Positions 27,086-34,663 of a DNA stretch of 46,599 nt are shown here, one piece after another. The DNA lies in assembly GCA_049700155.1 (NCBI GenBank), contig JBNAVX010000021.1, positions 1 through 46,599 of the forward strand, written 5' to 3'. How positions within the stretch are numbered: the first letter of the stretch is position 1; each line of letters begins with the position of its first letter. The notes beneath the pieces are model-generated. The model was not told the origin of the DNA, made no database searches, and saw nothing but the letters and a program-made list of their open reading frames with translations. Both the position numbers and the translations under genes were made by a program. This stretch comes from Thermodesulfovibrionales bacterium. Lineage in GTDB: Bacteria; Nitrospirota; Thermodesulfovibrionia; Thermodesulfovibrionales; SM23-35.

Positions 27086-27925
27086 ATGGCAAATAAGGTG
27101 TGTCCAATAATAGAAAGGCTTGAAAGGCTGCTTTTAGCCACAGATGGTTCAGAATACAGTGAAGGGGCTGTTAGGGAGGCTATTAATTTAGCAAAGACAT
27201 GTGGAAGTAAACTATATGCTATATCAGTTATAGAGGTCAATCCTGAGTTTGAAGCACTTGCACCTGGACTTGCTGAAAAGGAAGAAAAGCAGAGAAGTGA
27301 ACATCTCAAGACAGTTAAATCAAAGGCGTCTAAGGAAGGTGTTGATTGTGAGATTATTTTATATCGTGGCGGAGAACCTTATGAATCTATCGTTGACGAA
27401 GCAGCAAAGAACAAGGTAGGGATGATTGTCATGGGTAGATACGGTCGAACTGGTTTAGGAAGGGTTATGATGGGAAGCACGACTGCTAAAGTCATAGGCT
27501 ATACACTTTGCAGGGTCATGGTTGTTCCTAAAGAAGCAAAGCTAAACTTTGATAAGATACTTATTGCTACAGATGGTTCAATGCATAGCGAATTTGCAGC
27601 AAATGAGGCTATAAGCATCGCAAAACGCAGTGGTAGTACATTGATTGCTCTTTCTGTTGCAAAAAAAGATGAAAATCTTCCAGCTGCAAAGGAGTGTGTT
27701 GATGCAGTAAAAAAAGATGCTGAAAAAGAAGGCATAAAAGTAAAAACTATAATCAGAAAGGGGATACCTCACGAGGTTATAGTAAAAACAGGTGCTCAGG
27801 AAGATGTTGGTCTTATAGTTATTGGAAGCCACGGTAGGACAGGCATAACAAAACTACTCATGGGGAGCGTAACAGAGAGAGTAATAGGACATGCAGAGAG
27901 CCCTGTCCTGGTTTGGAAACTTTAA
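27086..27925 (+). CDS. Tandem universal stress protein (2 x UspA)
   Basis: MGRYGRTGLGRVMMGSTTAKV and IGSHGRTGITKLLMGSVTERV. Its N-terminus is nearly identical in pattern to that of 4253-5158. Confidence 0.85.
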   Translation: MANKVCPIIERLERLLLATDGSEYSEGAVREAINLAKTCGSKLYAISVIEVNPEFEALAPGLAEKEEKQRSEHLKTVKSKASKEGVDCEIILYRGGEPYESIVDEAAKNKVGMIVMGRYGRTGLGRVMMGSTTAKVIGYTLCRVMVVPKEAKLNFDKILIATDGSMHSEFAANEAISIAKRSGSTLIALSVAKKDENLPAAKECVDAVKKDAEKEGIKVKTIIRKGIPHEVIVKTGAQEDVGLIVIGSHGRTGITKLLMGSVTERVIGHAESPVLVWKL

Positions 27926-28130
27926 AATATCTTCAAATAAAAACTGAATTTATTTATAAGTACATAAATGCTTTTTATGTCTTTCCTGTAGTTTTTCCTT
28001 GAGTTTATTGTCTAAATATTCTATCATCTATTATATCTGGGGGCTAACTGAGAGGAGCTTAAACACTGTGTAACAAAGCATTCATAGCAGAAGATAAACC
28101 ATAAACATTAAAGGGCTATGGACTGTTAAG

Positions 28131-28427
28131 ATGGCCACTGAATTCAGAAGGAAACATAAAAGGCAATATCATGTCGGCTTCGTAAGATACCACCTAAATG
28201 TCTTAGATAATAAGAGGTTGAAGAAAGTTCAGGGAACCGGTGTTTCTGTAGATATAAGTGAAGGAGGGCTTGGCTTGATAACTCAATATCCACTCGAGGA
28301 AGGACATTTTTTACTCTTTGAAGATGGGAATTTGATAGATGATATTAAACTCAAGGCGTCTATCGTCAGATGGACACAGGAACTTGAAGACAAAACTTAT
28401 CGTGTGGGATTGGAGTTTGTAGAATAA
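28131..28427 (+). CDS. Stand-alone PilZ-domain protein (c-di-GMP receptor type)
   Basis: RRKHKR (RxxxR) and DISEGGLG (DxSxxG) motifs at the canonical spacing. Confidence 0.75.
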   Translation: MATEFRRKHKRQYHVGFVRYHLNVLDNKRLKKVQGTGVSVDISEGGLGLITQYPLEEGHFLLFEDGNLIDDIKLKASIVRWTQELEDKTYRVGLEFVE

Positions 28428-28438
28428 ATCTTTATTGT

Positions 28439-29800
28439 TCATTCTCCTTCTAATCCATATTTTTTCAACTTTCTCCACAGTGATACTCTATCAATTTTAA
28501 GTATCTGTGAAGCAAGTGTTTTATTGCCACCTACTTCCTTTAAGACCCAGTTAATGTAGGACTTTTCCTGTTCCTCAAGTGAAGGATATCTACCCTCCTT
28601 TTTTCTGAAGGTCCTTATGCTCAATTGTCTGAGGTCCTCAGGAAGATGAGCTACCTCAATCATGTCTCCAGTTGTGAGGGCAACACCTCTTTCGATGATA
28701 TTTTCCAGTTCTCTAACATTTCCCGGGAAATCGTAGTTTACCAGAATAGCCATTACTTCAGGGGAGATCTCCTTTACATCTTTTTTCATCAATAATGCAT
28801 ACTTTTTCAGGAAATAGTAACCTAAGAGAGGTATATCGTCTTTTCTTTCTGAAAGGGGTGGAATATGTAATGAAACCACATTTAATCTGAAATATAAATC
28901 CTGTCTTAATCGTCCAGCCTTCACCGCATCCTGTATGTCTCTATTTGTTGCTGCAATAAACCTGACATCCACCTTTATAGGTTCTGTCCCCCCTACCCTT
29001 AAGACCTCTTTTTCCTGAATAACCCTTAAAAGCTTTACCTGCATAGAAGGAGGCATTTCTGTTATCTCATCAAGAAAGAGAGTGCCTTTAGATGCAGTTT
29101 CTATTAATCCTTTTTTCATAGCTACTGCACCAGTAAATGCACCTTTTTCATGCCCGAAAAGCTCACTTGAAAGGAGTTCCTCTGTAAAGGCACCACAATT
29201 TATGGCAAAGAATGGACCCCCAGCACGCAGACTATTGAAATGTATAAATCTCGCAAACAGCTCCTTACCTGTTCCACTCTCTCCGCTTATGAGGACATTA
29301 CACTCTGTTGGCGCTATCTGCCTTGCTGTATCAAGGAGCTTCTGCATCTTTATATCCTGTGTAATTATCTTAACCTTGCCCTGAAATTTTTCTATCTGCT
29401 CCCTGAGTTCAATGTTCTCTCTCTTTAACCTTACCTTTTCAACTGCCTCCTTAACGACCTTTCTTACCTCTTCCAGTTTAAAAGGCTTCGCTACATAATA
29501 GAATGCACCGTGTTTCATGGTCTCAACAGCAGACTCAAGAGTGGCATAACCTGTTATCATTATCACCTCTGTGTCAGGATATAGCTCACGGCATTTTTTC
29601 AGTATCTGCATCCCGTCCACCTTCTCCATCCTCAAGTCTGTCAGTACAACATCAAATTGGTGTTCTTCTATGAGTCTGAGTGCAGTAGGTCCACTTTCTG
29701 TTCCAATAACATCATAACCCTCTTTTCTCATAACATGTTCGAGGTTTTTAAGTGCAATCTTTTCATCATCAACGATTAATATCTTTGCTGTAACCTCCAT
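28439..29800 (-). CDS. Sigma54-dependent response regulator (NtrC family: REC + AAA+ + Fis-type HTH)
   Basis: REC (VDDE, LTDLRM, KPF), Walker A GESGTGKE, GAFTGA loop, Walker B FLDEI, C-terminal HTH (NKTLASQILKIDRVSLWRKLKKYG). Start overlaps the HK stop by 1 nt. Confidence 0.92.
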   Translation of the reverse strand: MEVTAKILIVDDEKIALKNLEHVMRKEGYDVIGTESGPTALRLIEEHQFDVVLTDLRMEKVDGMQILKKCRELYPDTEVIMITGYATLESAVETMKHGAFYYVAKPFKLEEVRKVVKEAVEKVRLKRENIELREQIEKFQGKVKIITQDIKMQKLLDTARQIAPTECNVLISGESGTGKELFARFIHFNSLRAGGPFFAINCGAFTEELLSSELFGHEKGAFTGAVAMKKGLIETASKGTLFLDEITEMPPSMQVKLLRVIQEKEVLRVGGTEPIKVDVRFIAATNRDIQDAVKAGRLRQDLYFRLNVVSLHIPPLSERKDDIPLLGYYFLKKYALLMKKDVKEISPEVMAILVNYDFPGNVRELENIIERGVALTTGDMIEVAHLPEDLRQLSIRTFRKKEGRYPSLEEQEKSYINWVLKEVGGNKTLASQILKIDRVSLWRKLKKYGLEGE

Positions 29801-31344
29801 TATTTCTCCTTTTTTATTGGTAATCTTATCAGGAATGAAGTCCCTTTACCAACTTCGCTATAGACTCCTATACAGCCATTATTTTCTTCAATAATCTCCT
29901 CAACAACATAGAGACCGAGTCCAGAGCCCTTTCTGATATCAATTCTTGAGCTGGAATCTTTTTCAGAATCCTTTGTTGTGAAAAAAGGTTCAAATATCCT
30001 CGGTAAAATCTCAGGGGGAATCCCTACACCTGTATCTTTTATCTCAATGTCAATTGTATCTTTACCAATAGGACACTCACCTGTACATGTGTAACGATAT
30101 TCTGGATATTCACAGACCTTTTCATATGTCTCATTAACTGTTCCTTCTGCCTTCTTTGTAAAATGTTTCTTTGCCATAATGAATACCTTTCCTTCATCAG
30201 TAATTGCTTCAATAGCATTTTTTATGAGATTTAAGAAAGCCTGCTGAATCCTCTGTTTATCAGCAAAAATGTATATATCATCCGCTATATCAACGTTGAT
30301 TTCGATTCCTGATGGTATTTCACCTTTGATAAATAGGATCGTCTCTTCAATAAGTTTTTTAAGCGGTAGGCTCTCTTTTTTGAATTCCCTGTGTCTTGAG
30401 AATTCTAATAAAGAACGGACAATATCACGCGCCCTATCTGTCTGTGTGGAAATCTGTGTAAGCAGTTCTTTTTTATAATCTGTATCAGCCTCTTCAAGCT
30501 CTTCTGCGAGTATCTGGCAGGATGATGATATATTTGCTAACGGGTTATTCAATTCATGTGCAACGCCAGAAAGTAATGTCCCAAGTGAGGCGAGCTTCTC
30601 TCTCTGTATAAGGTGTTTCTGTCTTAATTCAAGTTCACTCAACATCTTATTGAATGCATCTGTTAAAGAAACGATCTCTCTGTCTTTTGAATTGATTGAC
30701 ACAGTTCTGAGCTTCCTTTCTTCTATTAGTTTCATCTGTTCTTCCAATGCTTGAAGAGGTTTTTCTACCATCCTCGACAGAATTTGACCGATTACAATCC
30801 CTAAAAGTGATAAAGAGATAATCAGGAGAACAAGTATCCTCTGTGTTCTCGTGAGTAATTCCTGTAATCTCTTCCTTTCAGTCTTTGACAAATCTTCAGA
30901 AACTGTCACTATCTCCTTGCCTTTTTCTCTTATTAACTTCTCCAGAGCTATTCGCTTATCAATGTTATTCTTATTAGTTATAGCGAATTCAGTCATCAAT
31001 GACTTATATTCATCTAAACCCCTTTTTATGAAATAAAGCTGTGGGGCTATAGAAAGCCTCTTAAATCTATCAATATGTTGATTAAGTATTTCCTGAAGCT
31101 TGTTGACATAATCCATATTTTCCCTGTAGTCCTCATCTTTGTTATATAAAAAGAAGTTCTTCTCGAACCGCCTTATCTCAAGAACGCCGTCAAATAGTTC
31201 CGAGATAACATCTCCAAATTGGACCTTCCTCTCCATATACCAGAGTTCTGTAAGTGTGAAGATAGTGATTAATATTAGGACCAATATCCCGCCGTAATAA
31301 CCAAGAATAATCTTCTGCCTCAAGCTTGAGGGAAATTTAAACAT
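29800..31344 (-). CDS. Membrane sensor histidine kinase (HK3) with helical extracytoplasmic sensor and a Cys-containing insertion in the ATPase domain
   Basis: Two TM segments flank a helical region of about 130 aa. H-box VAHELNNPLA, N-box LIKNAIEA, G1 DTGVGI, G2 GSGLGL. About 25 extra residues lie between N and G1, including CEYPEYRYTCTGEC (30073-30114). Confidence 0.85.
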   Translation of the reverse strand: MFKFPSSLRQKIILGYYGGILVLILITIFTLTELWYMERKVQFGDVISELFDGVLEIRRFEKNFFLYNKDEDYRENMDYVNKLQEILNQHIDRFKRLSIAPQLYFIKRGLDEYKSLMTEFAITNKNNIDKRIALEKLIREKGKEIVTVSEDLSKTERKRLQELLTRTQRILVLLIISLSLLGIVIGQILSRMVEKPLQALEEQMKLIEERKLRTVSINSKDREIVSLTDAFNKMLSELELRQKHLIQREKLASLGTLLSGVAHELNNPLANISSSCQILAEELEEADTDYKKELLTQISTQTDRARDIVRSLLEFSRHREFKKESLPLKKLIEETILFIKGEIPSGIEINVDIADDIYIFADKQRIQQAFLNLIKNAIEAITDEGKVFIMAKKHFTKKAEGTVNETYEKVCEYPEYRYTCTGECPIGKDTIDIEIKDTGVGIPPEILPRIFEPFFTTKDSEKDSSSRIDIRKGSGLGLYVVEEIIEENNGCIGVYSEVGKGTSFLIRLPIKKEK

Positions 31345-31579
31345 ATATTAATTTTAAAAGTTATCATTGCAAAAAGCAATGTTTGACGATTCTTTTGCAA
31401 CATTAAACGATAAATAGTTTGTAATCTTTTATTGATGCGTCTCTATCAATAATCTATAAGTAAGATAAACTTTGTATTCAATTCTATGTTGAATTATGCA
31501 TCAATTAGTCTTTTTTATTAGATGACCCTCTTTTTAAAAATATCATGAAAAAACAATATCTTACGAATATAAAGGTGCA

Positions 31580-31595
31580 TGGCATGGAATATGTT
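31580..31595 (+). promoter_or_regulatory. Sigma54-like -24/-12 element TGGCAT-N5-ATGT (weak -12)
   Basis: TGGCATGGAATATGTT lies 33-48 nt upstream of ATG 31628. GG is present but the -12 reads GT rather than GC. Confidence 0.3.
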
Positions 31596-31627
31596 TAAGT
31601 TAAATACAAAAAGGAGGTGTGTAAGGA

Positions 31628-31807
31628 ATGAAAAAGCTGATTAAAAAATTAGAAAGGCTATTTTCAGCAGCAGCCTTTGCAGAGGCTGGCGAATACGATA
31701 CTGCAAGGGAGATTCTAAGAGAAGAAGAAAGACCTCAGAAGAGAGAAAGGGTCACTCCATCTACAAGGCCAAGAAAGGAGCTAAGGGCACCAGGCATAAA
31801 AAGGTAA
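31628..31807 (+). CDS. Unannotated 59-aa protein with an 'FAEAGE-x2-TAREI' N-terminal module and a basic Pro/Arg-rich tail
   Basis: Strong RBS aaaaggaggtg with 8-nt spacing. MKKLIKKLERLFSAAAFAEAGEYDTAREILREEERPQKRERVTPSTRPRKELRAPGIKR. The N-terminal ~30 aa are paralogous to the N-terminus of 34126-34602. Confidence 0.6.
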   Translation: MKKLIKKLERLFSAAAFAEAGEYDTAREILREEERPQKRERVTPSTRPRKELRAPGIKR

Positions 31808-31833
31808 AACTAAGGTAAAACTAAAGTAAAAGG
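31801..31833. repeat. Tandem 11-mer AAGGTAAAACT AAGGTAAAACT AAAGTAAAAGG
   Basis: Read directly. It spans the small-ORF stop codon and most of the spacer before the Lon start. Confidence 0.7.
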
Positions 31834-31845
31834 CGCTAAATAAAA

Positions 31846-33954
31846 ATGAATATCTTTAAGAGATCAGAAGATAAGCTACAGGCTGCAACGATTGAGGAGA
31901 TAAGGCAGGTAATTGCCTCATCTAAGATACCACCTTATGTCCAGCAGGTCGCAAAAAAGGAGCTTGATATGCTATCGAAGACAAGCCCTACTGTAGCGGA
32001 ATATGCGATAGGGCTTGCATACATTGAATATCTTGTCAGTTTACCATGGGATAAGAAGACTGAGGACTGCCTCGATCTTGAGAGGGCTGAAAGAATCCTG
32101 AACGAAAGGCACTATGGATTGCAGATGGTTAAGGAGAGAATCTTAGAGCACCTATCAGTAAAGATCTTAATAGCAAATAAAAAACCAAGAATTCTGGTTG
32201 TAGATGATGAAGAAGTTGCAAGAAAAAACTTAGAACATATATTGAAGAAAGAAAACTATACAGTTGTCACAGCAGCGAATGGAGCAGAAGCTATTAAGAA
32301 GATGGAGGCATCTAATTTTGATGTGATTCTTACTGATATCAGAATGGAGAAGGTTAACGGGATTGAGGTTCTTGAAAGGGCTAAAAACATATGCCCCGAG
32401 ACCAAGGTTATCATGATTACTGGTTATGCATCAGTGGACTCTGCTGTTGAGACTATGAAGAAAGGTGCATTTCATTATATTGAAAAGCCCTTTAAGGTTG
32501 ATACAGTGCGCTCAGTTGTAAAAAATGCAATTGAGAAGAAGCTGTCAACTATCTCTACAAAAGGCTCTGTATTATGCTTTGCAGGTCCACCGGGAACAGG
32601 GAAGACCTCACTGGGTAAGTCTATTTCTGATGCACTTGGGAGAAAGTTTGCGAGGATCTCTCTTGCAGGTATGAAAGATGAGGCTGAGATCAGAGGACAT
32701 AGAAGGACATATGCAGGTGCAATGCCCGGGCGTATTATTGAAGAGATTAGACGTGTAGAATCTTCTAATCCTGTCTTCATGCTCGATGAGATTGATAAGA
32801 TAGGACAGGACTTTAAAGGTGATTCTGCCTCTGCACTGCTTGAAGTACTCGACCCTGAACAGAATCAAAATTTTCTCGACCACTATCTTGATGTACCTTT
32901 TGACTTATCTGGCGTGATGTTTATTGTAACGGCAAATATTGCTGACAATATTCATGATGCACTCAGAGACCGAATGGAAGTAATCGAACTATCAGGCTAT
33001 ACAGAGGATGAAAAGATAAAGATAGGCTTACAGTATCTTGTTCCGAAGCAGATCCGTGAACAGGGACTATCAGATTATCCACCTGAATTTACTCCTGAGG
33101 CTATATTAAAGATCGTTCATGAATATACACGAGAAGCAGGCATCCGCAATCTTGAGAGGCAGATCGCCAACATCTGTAGAAAGATTGCCACAGAATATGT
33201 CCATCATAAAAAGAATATTCAAAATATTAAAGTGACACCCCGCGAGGTAGAGAAATATCTTGGAACGAGAAAATACTACAGAGAGGTTGCTGATGAGGAG
33301 AATAGGATTGGTGTAACTACTGGTCTTGTATGGACAGAAACAGGTGGAGAGATTATCTTTGTAGAGGCTGCGAAGATGAAGGGAAATAAACAATTAATAC
33401 TGACTGGTTCCCTGGGGAATGTAATGTGTGAATCAGCACATGCAGCATTGAGTTATATAAGGAGCAATGCATCAGTCTTCAACATCCCTGACAACTTCTT
33501 TGAGAACCATGACATCCATATCCATGTACCTGCTGGAGCCATACCAAAAGACGGACCATCTTCAGGGACTACGATCGCACTCGCTCTTATTTCACTTCTA
33601 ACCGGGGTACCTGCGAGGAGAGATGTAGCTATATCAGGTGAGATGACATTGAGCGGAAGGATACTTCCTGTTGGAGGTATCAAAGAGAAGTTGCTGGCTG
33701 CAAGACGGGCAGGAGTAAAAACAGTAGTCTTCCCTCTTAAGAATAAGGTAGATATTGAAAGTCTTCCTGAAGATGTAAAAAGAGGACTTGATATAAGACT
33801 TGTTGATAGAATCGAGGAGATCGTTCCTATTGTTCTAATGAATAAATCAAAGTCTGATATACAGGATAGGCAGAGGTCAAACCTTTTTCATTCAGAGGGA
33901 ATTGCAATCTGCAACATGAATACCCTTTCATGTAGCAGTATTAAAAAAGCTTGA
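31846..33954 (+). CDS. LonA-type protease lacking the N-terminal LON domain, with a receiver (REC) domain inserted into the AAA+ module
   Basis: LPW motif region, HYGLQMVKERILEHLSV, then REC (nt about 32188-32541; Asp codon 32335-32337). This is followed by GPPGTGKTS, DEAEIRGHRRTYAGAMPGRI, FMLDEIDK, and the protease domain PKDGPSSG...GGIKEKLLAA. Confidence 0.85.
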   Translation: MNIFKRSEDKLQAATIEEIRQVIASSKIPPYVQQVAKKELDMLSKTSPTVAEYAIGLAYIEYLVSLPWDKKTEDCLDLERAERILNERHYGLQMVKERILEHLSVKILIANKKPRILVVDDEEVARKNLEHILKKENYTVVTAANGAEAIKKMEASNFDVILTDIRMEKVNGIEVLERAKNICPETKVIMITGYASVDSAVETMKKGAFHYIEKPFKVDTVRSVVKNAIEKKLSTISTKGSVLCFAGPPGTGKTSLGKSISDALGRKFARISLAGMKDEAEIRGHRRTYAGAMPGRIIEEIRRVESSNPVFMLDEIDKIGQDFKGDSASALLEVLDPEQNQNFLDHYLDVPFDLSGVMFIVTANIADNIHDALRDRMEVIELSGYTEDEKIKIGLQYLVPKQIREQGLSDYPPEFTPEAILKIVHEYTREAGIRNLERQIANICRKIATEYVHHKKNIQNIKVTPREVEKYLGTRKYYREVADEENRIGVTTGLVWTETGGEIIFVEAAKMKGNKQLILTGSLGNVMCESAHAALSYIRSNASVFNIPDNFFENHDIHIHVPAGAIPKDGPSSGTTIALALISLLTGVPARRDVAISGEMTLSGRILPVGGIKEKLLAARRAGVKTVVFPLKNKVDIESLPEDVKRGLDIRLVDRIEEIVPIVLMNKSKSDIQDRQRSNLFHSEGIAICNMNTLSCSSIKKA

Positions 33955-34059
33955 TAGACTTTAAAAAAACAGATTCTTTATTTAAGAATGTTGCAAAATT
34001 AAACGAGAGAAAAACCCTTAGTAAACGAGAAAACCTGAAAAATTAAATAGTTATTAAGT

Positions 34060-34075
34060 TGGTATAAGAATTGTT
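34060..34075 (+). promoter_or_regulatory. Sigma54-like -24/-12 element TGGTAT-N5-TTGT (imperfect)
   Basis: TGGTATAAGAATTGTT lies 51-66 nt upstream of ATG 34126 and has the same deviation pattern as 31580-31595. Confidence 0.3.
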
Positions 34076-34125
34076 AAATTGAACAACCTGATGGAGCATA
34101 AAGAGAGTGAAAAATTAAAGAGCTT

Positions 34126-34602
34126 ATGAAAAAGGAGAATCTAAAAGACTTGATAAAAAAGATAGAAGACATAATGACTGCCTCTACCTTTGCAGAGGCA
34201 GGTGAGTTTGAGACTGCAAGGGAAATAATAAAAGGCGAAAGAAGGGTACTCCTTGCTATGAGAGAAGGAGAGGTAGAAAGAAAAGCCTTAACATATGCAT
34301 TGAATACATGTAAGAGAATCGGGGCTGATATGGATATCTTATATATCTCAACGATTGATGCAAGCGAAAATCCGATTCTAAAAGAATTTTTTTCAGAGCT
34401 TCAGAGAGAGGGGATAAATTATCGGCTGTTTATGAAGACTGGTCGTTTGAGAGAAGAGATTAAGCACTACACAGACTCTGAGAGTAATATCAAATTTGTC
34501 GTTGTTGAGTCACCTGCTGCTGAACGCTGGAATAGAGAGGAGGGGCTCTCTAAGATACTCGAAAAGATTAAGTGTCCGCTGGTAGTGGTAGATATCCCCT
34601 AA
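34126..34602 (+). CDS. FAEAGE-module protein fused to a USP-like (adenine-nucleotide alpha-hydrolase-fold) domain lacking the ATP-binding motif
   Basis: The N-terminus KDLIKKIEDIMTASTFAEAGEFETAREII parallels the 31628 ORF. The remainder follows a USP-like beta-alpha pattern (VLLAM...DILYIS...FVVVES...CPLVVV) without G-x2-G-x9-G(S/T). Confidence 0.6.
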   Translation: MKKENLKDLIKKIEDIMTASTFAEAGEFETAREIIKGERRVLLAMREGEVERKALTYALNTCKRIGADMDILYISTIDASENPILKEFFSELQREGINYRLFMKTGRLREEIKHYTDSESNIKFVVVESPAAERWNREEGLSKILEKIKCPLVVVDIP

Positions 34603-34663
34603 AATTTAAGGTCTGTTCAAATAAATTAAGTTAAAAAACTAACTATCAAAAAGGAGGTAACAA

